From the NCBI GenBank assembly GCA_963717545.1, contig OY970345.1, forward strand, positions 2,114,227 to 2,178,226: DNA of 64,000 nucleotides, written 5' to 3'. The notes under the pieces are model-generated. The model saw nothing but the letters and a program-made list of their open reading frames with translations. It made no database searches and was not told the DNA's origin. The position numbers and the translations under genes are program-made. The stretch comes from an uncultured Verrucomicrobiae bacterium. Its GTDB lineage: Bacteria > Verrucomicrobiota > Verrucomicrobiia > Chthoniobacterales > UBA10450. This document shows, in pieces, positions 45,007 through 55,333 of this stretch (its first letter is position 1; each line of letters starts with the position of its first letter).

Positions 45007-47588
45007 CGAATCTGTCGTTTGTATTCGTCCGCCTCGATAAAGGCCCGGGTCACTCCGCGATAGTCCCGGGTCCGGCCCAACTGCGCTAACCAGAAGTTGT
45101 AGCCGGCGAAATCATGGTCGGGCGGATCGTCGGGGTTGCGGCGCAGATAGCCAAAATAATGACATAAAAGGTAGGCGCGATTGTAGTCACGCCGATAGAA
45201 GCGCGAGCTGGCACTCATGCGAAGTAAGGCGGATGCCCTTGTCTCGCGTCCGGCTGCGAGGTCCGCTGCTAGGTCGGGACGCTCGTGGTCCGATACTTTC
45301 AGTTCGGCGTTCGTCGCTAACGCGGAAACGTATTGCTCGTCAGTCAGCCCATCGTAGCGATCCTTGAAGGTGACGCGCGTCACCCATCCGTCGCAAAGCG
45401 CTCGCGTGTTCTCCTTCAGCTTTTCCTTCCAAGCGGGCGCGCCCGGATACAACTCGCGACCAAGCGTTCGCAGATCGACTACGAAATCGCTGTAGTGCGG
45501 AGAGCCGCCAAAGGCGACCTTGTGAAGACGGTAAAGCTGATACGCGACGCTGGGAAATTCGGCAAGGAACTGGGCTGGGTCACGATCAACTCGCGAGGCG
45601 TATTCGCGAGATGGGTAAAAAGAGGAGGAACTTTGGTCGGTTGCATCGGCCGCATGTAATTTCTGGGTGTCGTATATCGCGATATCTCCCGCGCGAAACA
45701 CCGTAGGAAATCCAGCATCGAAGAAGGCACGGTTTGCCCGGAGTTCGGTCGTTTCACTTTGCCCGAGGTAAACGTAGTCGACGCGGTAGTAGCGAAGTAA
45801 CTCGTTAGCGTCGTCGCGGCCGGTGTAGATGGCGCGAACATCCGCTTCCCTTTCCGCGAATGGATAACCGTGGCTCCAAACCCATGCCGTAGGCCCGCGA
45901 ACGACCGAGCGCCCCGCCAGACTCAACACCGGTTGATGCAAGCTCGGCGCGGTCAGAAAGAGCGAATGCGGCGCGGTCTCGTGCCTGGCAAATTCCGCCG
46001 CCGCAATCTGGTCGCGATCGAAGATCAGTTTGCTGGCTCGCCATTCGTAGACAATCGCCAGCGTGCCAGACAGGATCGAGACCGCTACCAGGCCGATCGC
46101 ACAAGCCCGGCCTGCCCGAGTAACGGCTAGACGGCCGAGCCAACCTGCGATGACAACGCAGGTGGCGGCGTACCAGTAGACCATCAGCTTCAGGTTGTCG
46201 TAGTCGTTCGGTGAGAAGACAAAAAGGAGCGCGAGAACGAGAAGAATAACAAAGGGGACGTAGAACCCGCGCCACGATCGCGGAGCCTGGAGCCATGCCG
46301 GAATAATAAGAATCGCCGGCAATCCGATATTACGCAGCCAAAACAGGAGCCAGCTTGGTTCCTCCTGCCCGCGCCAGCCTGGTTGAAAACGAAGGAAACC
46401 TGCGCTCGCAAGGTGTCCTCCCAATTCGAGAAACCATGGAAGCGCCAGGACTACCGCCGGGACCCAGAAGAACAGCCATACCCTGCGGGGGCGCAGCAAA
46501 AAAAGGAAACCGCTGATGAGACCAACCGCTGCGTAGGAGTGAATATGGAAGAAAGGAAGCAAGCCGGCTAGGATTCCGGCGCTAAGCAGGACAGGCCAGC
46601 CCCGCCACTTGCTCGCGGATGGCGCTTTCTCTTTCGCGTCTCGCCACGCCATCGCGAAGCAAGTAAGAACGATTAAACCGAGAGATAAGCCGAAAATGCT
46701 CGTCCGCTGCGGGAGAAGCATGTCGGTTACAACGTTGGGCCAGACCAGTCCCTTCTCGGCAATGTGAGTGTAGTTGACGTTCAGGTGGGCAAGGGACTGC
46801 CACACGCTCGTTCCGCTGGTCCGCCAGTCCTTAAACAGGTAGATAAAGCCGAAGCCGCCGTTCAACAGAAACAGAAGCGTCGCCGTGAAAGCCATCCAGC
46901 CAGGATGGGCTTCCTGGACCGGGAGAAGCTCACTCCATTTCAACAGGCGCACAGCCAGGAAGTAGAAGATGCCAGTCAGGGCCATACACAGTGGCACGGC
47001 GGTGCAGACCAGAGCTAGATGCAGATCCATTCCTAACACGACAAGGAGGCCGGTCAGGAAGTCGGGGAGACAAGGATAAAGCAGCGGCGCCGGGGACATC
47101 GGCGTGTAGACAGGCGGAAAGTTATCGCCGTACGCAAACGACGTGGTAATGGCCACATGGTAAGCCATATCGTACGAGGTACTCTCTCCTCCGGAGTAAA
47201 TGCCACCGTCATGAACTGGCAGCATATGAGTAAGGAAGAGTCGGAGGTAGATCGGAGTAAAGATCGCAAGAAGGAGAGCCAGCGGCACTAAACCTTTGCT
47301 CCAAACAAGCCCGACACTCTTGCGGTTGCGCTGGAACAGGTCCCGGACGGTCGGCGCCCAACTGACCATGGCGACGCCCAATACAAACAGGGTAACGAGC
47401 AAAGCCGTCCGAAAACTTAGCCCGCCTGTGACGCGCGCGAAGCCGTAGGCAATCGCAGTCGCCCCGCTCCAACCTATGACCAGCCCCCAAAGGACCTGTT
47501 CCGCGTAGTTCAGCGAAAGAAATACGAGGCGCCGAACGAGGCCGGTCCCGAAAAGGGCGGCGGCGAAGAGGAAGAGTATTCCGGTCAT
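45003..47588 (-). CDS. large polytopic membrane protein (GT-C-like) with C-terminal DUF4214-like module
   Basis: 861 aa with about 13 helices and the loop block YDMAYHVAITTSFAYGDNFPPVYTP. The C-terminal motif is HYFGYLRRNPDDPPDHDFAGYNFWLAQL...AFIEADEYKRQ. The stop shares the CTAG at 45003-45006 with the convergent gene. Confidence 0.6.
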   Translation of the reverse strand: MTGILFLFAAALFGTGLVRRLVFLSLNYAEQVLWGLVIGWSGATAIAYGFARVTGGLSFRTALLVTLFVLGVAMVSWAPTVRDLFQRNRKSVGLVWSKGLVPLALLLAIFTPIYLRLFLTHMLPVHDGGIYSGGESTSYDMAYHVAITTSFAYGDNFPPVYTPMSPAPLLYPCLPDFLTGLLVVLGMDLHLALVCTAVPLCMALTGIFYFLAVRLLKWSELLPVQEAHPGWMAFTATLLFLLNGGFGFIYLFKDWRTSGTSVWQSLAHLNVNYTHIAEKGLVWPNVVTDMLLPQRTSIFGLSLGLIVLTCFAMAWRDAKEKAPSASKWRGWPVLLSAGILAGLLPFFHIHSYAAVGLISGFLFLLRPRRVWLFFWVPAVVLALPWFLELGGHLASAGFLRFQPGWRGQEEPSWLLFWLRNIGLPAILIIPAWLQAPRSWRGFYVPFVILLVLALLFVFSPNDYDNLKLMVYWYAATCVVIAGWLGRLAVTRAGRACAIGLVAVSILSGTLAIVYEWRASKLIFDRDQIAAAEFARHETAPHSLFLTAPSLHQPVLSLAGRSVVRGPTAWVWSHGYPFAEREADVRAIYTGRDDANELLRYYRVDYVYLGQSETTELRANRAFFDAGFPTVFRAGDIAIYDTQKLHAADATDQSSSSFYPSREYASRVDRDPAQFLAEFPSVAYQLYRLHKVAFGGSPHYSDFVVDLRTLGRELYPGAPAWKEKLKENTRALCDGWVTRVTFKDRYDGLTDEQYVSALATNAELKVSDHERPDLAADLAAGRETRASALLRMSASSRFYRRDYNRAYLLCHYFGYLRRNPDDPPDHDFAGYNFWLAQLGRTRDYRGVTRAFIEADEYKRQIR

Positions 47589-47612
47589 TAAGGAGAAGCC
47601 GGTCGGACGGCG

Positions 47613-49395
47613 TCAATCACCGTCGCGAAACACGTAGATTGAGTTTCCAATCGTAGCTTCCGGCTGGCGGTTGCGATAGGAATCGAAAGTGTTCACTCGT
47701 TTGTCGTCCGAAACGCGGTGGCCGTCGATCTCGTACTGCGGAACTGTCGAGCCGTTGAGGAAACTTGCGCCCAGAGCGGTGTAACGCAGGAGCGGCGTTC
47801 CGGGAGGACCGAGAGCATCGACGTAATTGATTTGGTAAAAGTCGAGGGTGGCAAAGCAGCCAAGAAGAAGCCCGCGGACACGAGTCTCCCCGCGGGCTGC
47901 GAGCCAGGTCGCGAGCTCCTTTGAGTCATCGCCCCATTCAACGTTGGAGTCGGAGAGGTACCACCAATGAGGACGACCGCGGGCAAGCTGGTTCATGTAC
48001 GGCGTGTAATCAGGATAGGTCCGCCACGCTTCCACCCCTATCCAGCAAAGAGCGGCAATCGCCCCGCCCACCGCTGTGTAACGACCCAGAACAGTTCCGC
48101 GGTAGCGCAAGAGAGAGTCAAGCAGCGCTGCGGAAAGAACGATGAAAAAAAGGTAGGCCGGAAGGTAATATCGAACGCCTATGTTAATGGGACTGAGCGC
48201 GAGCAGGACGGTGTAAAGGACGAGGGGGCCGAGTAACACCAGCCATCGTCCGTCGCCCTCGCGGCCAAGGCGGCGCGCGGCCCAGGCCACCGAAGCGACG
48301 GAAAGAATCAGGAAGGGAATGGTGACCTTGAGCGAAAATGCGACCGGAAAGTAATACCACCAGCCGTGCTCGCGGTGCATTCCGAGCAAGCCGGCGGGAT
48401 GCCCGATCTTCGTGTGGTGGAACTGCCAGTAAATCCCCATCAACAAATCGGTCGGCAATATCCAGCGGAGGATGCGGAGCGCCGGAGTGAGAAAGCCCGT
48501 GGAACTTGGAAACATTTCGTTGACCCATTTCAGGTCGCCAGGCGTGAGTGCGCGGTGGTTGAAGAAATAGGCCGCATTGACTACGATGAGAAACACGAGC
48601 GCGGCGATAACCGCATCGCGGATTGGATTTAATCGTCGCGCGCCCCGTAGGAAGAACAACACTGCGATGGTCGCGAAAATCGCAGGAACAACTACGAGCA
48701 TGGAATACTTCGCGAGCAGCGCTACCGCGGCCGTCGGCCCCGAGAAAGCAGGCGTGCTTCCACCCGGGCGCGCGGACGTATCTCCAGATGGCATAAACCG
48801 TCAACAACAGCCCGAACGCCGCCGGTATATCGGTCTGGACCACTCGTCCGTGAGCGAGGATGGTGGGCTCGACCGCGAACAAGGCTACCGCGAGAAGCGC
48901 CACCCGCGGGCCTAACAAGTCGCGGGTGAAGAAAAAGAGGAGCGCCCCCAGCGCCAAAGTAAGCGCTATCATCGGAATCCGCGACCAGAACGAAATGGCC
49001 TCGAACTGCGCCCGGTTGTCCCGCCAGAAGCGTATGACGTATTCCCACTCGTTCTGGTCGGGGCGTCCGGCCGGGTCGAACTTTTCCGGCTTCCATTCGT
49101 TAGGCTGAATGAAGAGAAGCGGCAGTCCCGCCAGGAGTTTACAAACCGGCGGGTGTTGGCCGATCAGGTTCACGTCCGCATCGACGTAATAGTAATAGGC
49201 GGCCGGAATGAGCACGATCTCATCGGTGGTAATACTTTTGCGCCCGAGAACGGAGACGAGGTTCGTGCCCATCAGAAGGAGAAGAGAACCGGCGAGAAGC
49301 TCGAATCGGTAATGCCGCCAGCCGCGCATCGATCGCTTCGGATGTTCCTCTTCGAATTCCACGAGCCGGCATCTTATTGCGCCAGCCGCAGGCAT
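47613..49395 (-). pseudogene. GT39/PMT_2-type membrane glycosyltransferase, single frameshift
   Basis: The first ~215 codons (ITTDEIVLIPAAYYYY..., to ...YAIWRYVRAPGW) are in one frame (ORF 48184..49395). The remainder (TAAVALLAKYSMLVVVPAIF... to 47613) is in another (ORF 47613..48794). The junction lies at about 48735-48770. Confidence 0.7.
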
Positions 49396-49439
49396 AAACT
49401 TCTTTCTGTGTCCTGGGCCGCGTTGTAACCTGCCGCCCT

Positions 49440-49838
49440 ATGCAGATGCGGAGTCCAGCCTTGTCGCCGGAACAGATCGCGAAGTGGATGCGCGCGGCCG
49501 CCACCCGGCCGCGGCCGCAGCAGCCTGCGGAACGCGCGGCCGTGGCGTCATCCGCTTTCCGCCGCCATCCCGGATTCGATTTCAAGAGCGCGCGTCAATC
49601 GCTCGCCCGAGCGCGAGCGAAGAATGACATCGACACAATCAAACCATTGCGGCGCCTGCGCCGAAATCAGGGGGCGATCAATGAAGCCTTGATCGACGCC
49701 CTCAGCGCCTTGATCGCCGTGAACAAGCAGATGGCCGGCGAGATTGCTGGAATGTCGAGCGAACTCGCGATCTTGCGCGAGCGACTCGTCGAAAAGGAAA
49801 CGCGCGAAACTTCCGGTGGAAACGCCGGGCAGATCTAG
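49440..49838 (+). CDS. small coiled-coil protein, hypothetical
   Basis: 132 aa. The block IKPLRRLRRNQGAINEALIDALSALIAVNKQMAGEIAGMSSELAILRERL has a heptad pattern. The stop lies 6 nt before the GT4 gene. Confidence 0.5.
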   Translation: MQMRSPALSPEQIAKWMRAAATRPRPQQPAERAAVASSAFRRHPGFDFKSARQSLARARAKNDIDTIKPLRRLRRNQGAINEALIDALSALIAVNKQMAGEIAGMSSELAILRERLVEKETRETSGGNAGQI

Positions 49839-49844
49839 ATCGCC

Positions 49845-50891
49845 GTGCGGATCGTTATTGCCACGGTCCAGATACCGTTCGTCACCGGCGGCGCGGAGTC
49901 CCACGCGGCTGGATTGCGGGCGGCCCTCCTGCGCGAAGGGCACGAGACGGACATCGTGACCGTGCCGTTTAACCCCGCGGTGCCGGAAAGGATCGCAGAT
50001 CAAATGTTGGCTTGCCGGCTCCTCGACTTGACTGAGATCCACGGGACGCGAGTCGACCGGTTGATCGGTTTGAAATTTCCCGCTTACCTGATTCCGCACC
50101 CGAACAAAGTGGTCTGGGTGCTGCATCAGCATCGCGCTGCTTACGATCTGTGGAATTATCCGTTCGAGGACCTGAGCGCATCGCCGGGGGGAGTGATGGT
50201 CCGGGAAGCGATCCGGCGCGGCGATCAATTATTGAACGAGGCGAAGGCCGTTTTTGCGAACTCGAAAAACATCGCGAACCGCCTCGGGCACTTTTGCGGC
50301 ATCAATGCGACGCCGCTTTATCACCCGCCTCCGCACGCCGATGAATTTTTCTGTGCGGATCGGACCGACGATTATTTTTTCTTCCCGAGCCGCTTCTCCG
50401 CTTCAAAACGGCAAAGCCTCGTCCTGGAAGCGCTCGCCCTGACGCGAGAAAGAGTGAAGGTCCGTTTCGCGGGCGTGGCGGATAGTGTTGAATACGGCAA
50501 GCGGCTCCGGCAGCTCGCGGCCAAACTGGGCGTCGAGGCGCGGATCGAATGGCTCGGGCAAATCACCGAAGAACAGAAACGCGAAAATTACGCGCGCGCC
50601 GTCGCCGTGATCTTTCCGCCCGTTGATGAAGACTACGGTTACATCACGCTCGAGGCGATGCTCTCCTCGAAGGCAGTCGTGACCTGCGAGGATTCCGGCG
50701 GGCCGCTCGAGTTTGTTTCGCACCGCAAAACCGGACTGGTAACGAAACCCACCGCCGCGGCGCTCGCCGAAGCGCTCGACGAACTGTGGCAGGACCGCAG
50801 CCTGGCCTTGAAGCTCGGCCGCGCGGGCCGCGAGAACTACGAACGCCTTGGTTTATCGTGGTCTGAAGTCGTGAAAAAATTGCTGGCGTGA
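49845..50891 (+). CDS. glycosyltransferase family 4 (GT-B)
   Basis: GTG start, MRIVIATVQIPFVTGGAE; C-terminal EDYGYITLEAMLSSKAVVTCEDSGGPLEFV (the E-x7-E region). Confidence 0.8.
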   Translation: MRIVIATVQIPFVTGGAESHAAGLRAALLREGHETDIVTVPFNPAVPERIADQMLACRLLDLTEIHGTRVDRLIGLKFPAYLIPHPNKVVWVLHQHRAAYDLWNYPFEDLSASPGGVMVREAIRRGDQLLNEAKAVFANSKNIANRLGHFCGINATPLYHPPPHADEFFCADRTDDYFFFPSRFSASKRQSLVLEALALTRERVKVRFAGVADSVEYGKRLRQLAAKLGVEARIEWLGQITEEQKRENYARAVAVIFPPVDEDYGYITLEAMLSSKAVVTCEDSGGPLEFVSHRKTGLVTKPTAAALAEALDELWQDRSLALKLGRAGRENYERLGLSWSEVVKKLLA

Positions 50892-52216
50892 AACTGAATC
50901 TTTTTTCGCCGTTGCCCCCGATGCGCTCGGACATCGCGCGGCTGACTGTTCACATGCTGCCGCATTTGGCGCGCGAGGCCGAGGTCGTTGTCTGGTCAAG
51001 CGAACCGGAATGGAAATTTGAGCCGCCGCCGGGAGTAACCGTCCGCCATTACGAGTGGCAGCGTCCGCCCTGGCGCGAAATTAATCAGGCCGACGCGACC
51101 TTTTACCAGATGGGAAACGATCCCCGTTATCATCACGCGATCTGGCATCTCAGCCAGCAACACCCAGGGATAGTGCTCCTGCACGACCTGATGATGCAGC
51201 ATTTCTTTTCCGGGCTCGTGTTCCACGATTGCGGGTTGAATCGGCGCCAATATCTGGAGCTGGTGGAGCGGTATCACGGGATCAACGGCCGCGTCCTGGC
51301 GGAAACGTACGTGCAAGGATTGCTCGCCACGGAAGAGCTCGCGCAGCGTTGCCCGCTCACTGAGGCCGCGACCGAAAACGCGCTCGCCATTATCGTTCAT
51401 TCCGCCGCGGCGTATGCGGCATTGCCTGAAGATGCGTCAGTCGTTTTGCTGCCGCTCTGCGTCGGCATGGCGATGCCGGAATTGGATCCACCGCGAGCCC
51501 GCGACGCGGCTAAACCGTACCGCCTCGCAGTGTTCGGCTTCCTCGGGCCGAATCGAAAGCTTCCCCTCCTCCTTCGCGCGCTCGCCACTTTTCCCGAGCG
51601 AGCGCGATTCCGGCTGGACATCTACGGCACGATGGACGGCCAGGAAAAAATGGAAGAACTCGTCTGCCGTCTCGACCTTTCCGAAAGCGTCACGCTTCAT
51701 GGTTTTAAAACGGCAAGCGACCTGGACGTGGCGTTGCGCCAGACCGATCTCGTTGTGAACATGCGCGACCCCAGCATGGGCGAAGCGTCCGGGAGCCAGC
51801 TGCATCTTTGGCAATATGGGTTGCCGTCCCTGGTCACCCGCCGCGCCTGGTATGCGACGCTGCCGGAAGACACTGTTGGATTCGTTAGGCCAGAACATGA
51901 GATAGAGGATATCCAGAAGCACCTGACTGAATTCCTGCGCGACCCGGAGCATTATCGAGCTTTCGGCCACAACGGCCGGCGTTACGTCGCCGAGAACCAT
52001 TCCATCGAGCGCTACGTCGGTGCGCTCCTGGAAGTGGCGGCGCAGGCACCTGAATTCCGGGCGAAATGGATCGCGCGCGACCTGGCCTGCCGCAGCGCCA
52101 CCGCGATGACGCGCTGGAGCGATACGTCGACAATCGATCCACTTTCGTTTCAAGTGGCTCGGGAAATCGGAAAGCTAACCGCCGGAGCGTCGACACAGTT
52201 CGCGCCAACCGCTTAA
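50888..52216 (+). CDS. glycosyltransferase, GT4-like (GT-B)
   Basis: GTGA overlap with the previous stop. 442 aa with a GT-B C-terminal half (FGFLGPNRKLPLLL..., MGEASGSQLHLWQYGLPSLV). Confidence 0.65.
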   Translation: MKLNLFSPLPPMRSDIARLTVHMLPHLAREAEVVVWSSEPEWKFEPPPGVTVRHYEWQRPPWREINQADATFYQMGNDPRYHHAIWHLSQQHPGIVLLHDLMMQHFFSGLVFHDCGLNRRQYLELVERYHGINGRVLAETYVQGLLATEELAQRCPLTEAATENALAIIVHSAAAYAALPEDASVVLLPLCVGMAMPELDPPRARDAAKPYRLAVFGFLGPNRKLPLLLRALATFPERARFRLDIYGTMDGQEKMEELVCRLDLSESVTLHGFKTASDLDVALRQTDLVVNMRDPSMGEASGSQLHLWQYGLPSLVTRRAWYATLPEDTVGFVRPEHEIEDIQKHLTEFLRDPEHYRAFGHNGRRYVAENHSIERYVGALLEVAAQAPEFRAKWIARDLACRSATAMTRWSDTSTIDPLSFQVAREIGKLTAGASTQFAPTA

Positions 52217-52227
52217 ATCGAGAACCC

Positions 52228-52779
52228 ATGGCGCAGGATGATGGCAGCTTAACCAACGAACCTTTTCGGGAGCTGGAAACGCAGCTGGCCGCGTTGCGCG
52301 CCGCCTCGAAGTCGCTGCGGGACGATCGCCCTTCGTGGTCCGACAACATCTTTCATCCGGGTCGGCGAGCGCGGCAGGAAGCTGACTTCGGCGCGGCCGT
52401 GGTTTCGGCCCTTAAGCAATTTGGCAGTGCCGTTCGCAGTCTCGGGGCGCAACAGGAATCGAAATTCGCGGAGCTGGAACGCCAGATATCTGAGCTAAAG
52501 GCCGGTCACGGCGAAGAACTGGAACGGGTGCGGCGCGAACAGGTCGAACAAGCGGAACGCGACCACGCGAAAGTCGAAGAAATTGCCGCCGTGCAAAAAA
52601 ATCTCGCCGAGGAATTCCGTGAGCGGATTCAGCATCTCCTCGATGAGCAGCGCGTAACGATCCGGCAGCTCGCACTGAAGGCGAGCGAAGATGCCGTCCT
52701 CTCGGACCGGGCCCGGCGCGCCACCGAATTGAAATTGGAAGAGCTGGCGAAACGGCTTCCGCCAGGGCCGCCGGCATGA
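52228..52779 (+). CDS. coiled-coil protein, hypothetical
   Basis: Start at ATG 52228 (MAQDDGSLTNEPFRELETQLAAL...). The sequence is almost entirely heptad-like and charged (ELERQISELKAGHGEELERVRREQVEQAERD). ATGA overlap with the next gene. Confidence 0.55.
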   Translation: MAQDDGSLTNEPFRELETQLAALRAASKSLRDDRPSWSDNIFHPGRRARQEADFGAAVVSALKQFGSAVRSLGAQQESKFAELERQISELKAGHGEELERVRREQVEQAERDHAKVEEIAAVQKNLAEEFRERIQHLLDEQRVTIRQLALKASEDAVLSDRARRATELKLEELAKRLPPGPPA

Positions 52780-54110
52780 CTGCACCCGGCGCCGGCGCGA
52801 ATTTTTATTCTCGTGCCGGGATAGACGACGTCGCGGAATTCTACCGCGACAAGTTCGTGTCGAATGCGGTCCTCGATCATCGCTACTTCAAGGCGCTCGA
52901 TCGGTTCGACCTGCGGTTCGCCCGGACGATGTGGGTCTACGATAATGTGCGCGAAAATAGCGCGGTCCTCGACCTCGGTTGCGGCGCCGGCATGCTGGCA
53001 TTGCTCAAGCGCAAAGGAGTCGCCTTGACGGGCGTCGATCTTTCCGATGAGTGCGTCGCCGCCGCGCGCCGGAATGGTTACGACGGAACCGTCCGATGCG
53101 CGCTCGACGCCCTGCCCTTCGCCGACGCGTCATTCGATTACGCAGTGAGCCTGGATGTGCTCGGTCACATTCCGGCGGAGCAAAAAGACGCGGTTCTCGC
53201 GGAGATCAAACGCGTCCTTCGCCCCGACGGCGTGACGATGCACGGTATCGAATGCACCGATCGCGCGGCGCGCCGGACCTGCGAGGAAATGGCGCCGGAA
53301 AAGCTCCGGGATTTTATCGCGATTGATGGCCACGTCGGGTTGGAGGAAGAACCTGAGCACGCGGCGCGTTTCGAAAAATTCTTTCAACACGTCGCGTGGG
53401 AACCGCGCTACGCGCTTTGCCTGAGCAGCGATGAATTTCTCAAGCAGGCAGACCGCTATGGCCTGCCCTTCGAAGACGATTTCGTGGAATACCTTCGAGG
53501 ACTTTCCTTCGGCGAACGGCGCGCCTTCGACATGGCGATGGGATACGTCTTCGGAAAAATTTCGGATCTGAACGTCCGGCTGCCGCGCAGCGGCCTTTAC
53601 ATGTTCCTGAAGGCGTCTAATGCGCCGCTCGGTTCGTTCAATAACGAGCATCGCGACCGCGGCGAATTGCTCCGGCTCGAGAAAGGCCTGAGCGAAGGAG
53701 AAATCTGCCTGGATCGTTCGCCTCAGGCGATCTTCGACGACGGCTGGCACGAGCCTGACGACCTGCCGCCGATCGCGCGCTGGATGAAAACCCGGGGACG
53801 GGTCCGCTTTTGCGCTAAACAGGTCCGAACGATTCGGCTCGATTTGACCACGCATTTGCCCGATTTGGGCGCGCGCAAGATGAACGTGACGTTGGCCCTC
53901 AATGGCACGCCGCTCTCCGCCTTTACCCTTTTCCGTTATGGCTGGATTGAACTGGAGTTTCGACTACCGGACCCAGGCGCGCCGAACGATCGCGACACTT
54001 TCGAGCTCGAGATCACCGCAGACCAAACCTGGCAACCGCGCCCTGACGACAAGCAAAGCCGCGACGACCGGGTAATTTCCATCGCGATCTGCAACCTTCG
54101 ATACTCGTGA
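52776..54110 (+). CDS. class I SAM-dependent methyltransferase with C-terminal beta domain
   Basis: Motif I VLDLGCGAGMLA and the post-I block GVDLS, plus FDYAVSLDVLGHI. The roughly 150-aa C-terminal domain is of unknown function. Confidence 0.8.
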   Translation: MTAPGAGANFYSRAGIDDVAEFYRDKFVSNAVLDHRYFKALDRFDLRFARTMWVYDNVRENSAVLDLGCGAGMLALLKRKGVALTGVDLSDECVAAARRNGYDGTVRCALDALPFADASFDYAVSLDVLGHIPAEQKDAVLAEIKRVLRPDGVTMHGIECTDRAARRTCEEMAPEKLRDFIAIDGHVGLEEEPEHAARFEKFFQHVAWEPRYALCLSSDEFLKQADRYGLPFEDDFVEYLRGLSFGERRAFDMAMGYVFGKISDLNVRLPRSGLYMFLKASNAPLGSFNNEHRDRGELLRLEKGLSEGEICLDRSPQAIFDDGWHEPDDLPPIARWMKTRGRVRFCAKQVRTIRLDLTTHLPDLGARKMNVTLALNGTPLSAFTLFRYGWIELEFRLPDPGAPNDRDTFELEITADQTWQPRPDDKQSRDDRVISIAICNLRYS

Positions 54111-55333
54111 ATTCTGATAACAGGCCCGGCCGTTCGCCCAAGCTCGAAGGGATAGATTACAAGCAGGCCGCAATCGATTATCCATCCCGCCAGGACCCGC
54201 AGCGATTGCATTACCTGCGGACGAAGCCGTTCTACAATCTCGCCAGCAAGCCGCCAAAATATCGCGGCGAGGGCATGGATGTCGAAACGCATCGGCACTT
54301 CTGTGATTTCGCGAACATCGCGGTCACCCTCGAGCTCCGCCCAGGGGCGCGCATTCTCGACGCGGCCTGCGGCTCCGGCTGGCTGAGTGAGTATTTCGGG
54401 CGGCTCGGATACGACGTGACCGGGATCGATATCAGCCCGCAGCTCATCGAGATTTGCGAGGAACGCGTCGCAATACTGCCGCCCATCGATCACGAACGAA
54501 AAATTTCTTGCCGGTTTCGCGTTCACGATTTGGAATCCAGCCCGCTCGAGGAACAATTCGACGCGATCCTTTGCTATGACGCGATGCATCATCTGGAGGA
54601 TGCAAGCGCCGCGCTCAAGCACCTCGCCGCCATGCTGCCGGTGGGCGGTCTTCTCTTTATCCTGGAAGGGAACCGGCCCGCGCCCGGCTCGACGACCGAG
54701 GCGGAACTTGCCGAAGTGATGCGGGAGTATGGCACGCTCGAATCGCCCTTCGATCGAGAATACCTCGGACAACTCCTGGACGAAGCGGGGTTCGCGGTGG
54801 CGGGCGATTACGTGAGCGTAAACGGCTTGTTCGACCGGGACCTAGTGGACGAACAGGGCCGGCTTCGCGTCGAGATCCCGCCGATCAATTATCTGCTTTG
54901 CAAGAAAGTCACGGACGGCGCGTCTGCCTCGCGTGTCCCAGACAGTCGCGCGCCGGGCGTGCTGCGAGCCGAGCTGAAATTGGAGTCGACGTGGCCGGCA
55001 AATTTCAAAACGGGCGCACACTTCCAGGCCATGATCAGCGTGCGGAACGCCGGCGATACCTTGTGGCTGGCCGGGAAAGCCCTTCGGCGCGGCGACGTTA
55101 CCCTGGGTGTGAAAATCTTCGACGCAACGGGAATTGTCTGCGACGAGTTCCACGGTGAGCCAGCTCTGCCCCGAACGGTCGGGCCTAACGAGTCGTGCAC
55201 CGTCACGATCGAACACGCCTGTCCGGCCGCGCCGGGTCGCTACACGTTGAAGATCGATTTGGTGGACCAGCATATTTGCTGGTTCGAAGAGCGCGGTTCG
55301 ACGGCGTTATATCTGCCGCTCGTCGTTACCTAG
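54107..55333 (+). CDS. class I SAM-dependent methyltransferase with C-terminal Ig-like module
   Basis: GTGA overlap with the previous stop. Motif I ILDAACGSGWLS, then GIDIS and FDAILCYDAMHHL. The C-terminal 123 aa end in PGRYTLKIDLVDQHICWFEERG. Confidence 0.8.
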   Translation: MNSDNRPGRSPKLEGIDYKQAAIDYPSRQDPQRLHYLRTKPFYNLASKPPKYRGEGMDVETHRHFCDFANIAVTLELRPGARILDAACGSGWLSEYFGRLGYDVTGIDISPQLIEICEERVAILPPIDHERKISCRFRVHDLESSPLEEQFDAILCYDAMHHLEDASAALKHLAAMLPVGGLLFILEGNRPAPGSTTEAELAEVMREYGTLESPFDREYLGQLLDEAGFAVAGDYVSVNGLFDRDLVDEQGRLRVEIPPINYLLCKKVTDGASASRVPDSRAPGVLRAELKLESTWPANFKTGAHFQAMISVRNAGDTLWLAGKALRRGDVTLGVKIFDATGIVCDEFHGEPALPRTVGPNESCTVTIEHACPAAPGRYTLKIDLVDQHICWFEERGSTALYLPLVVT

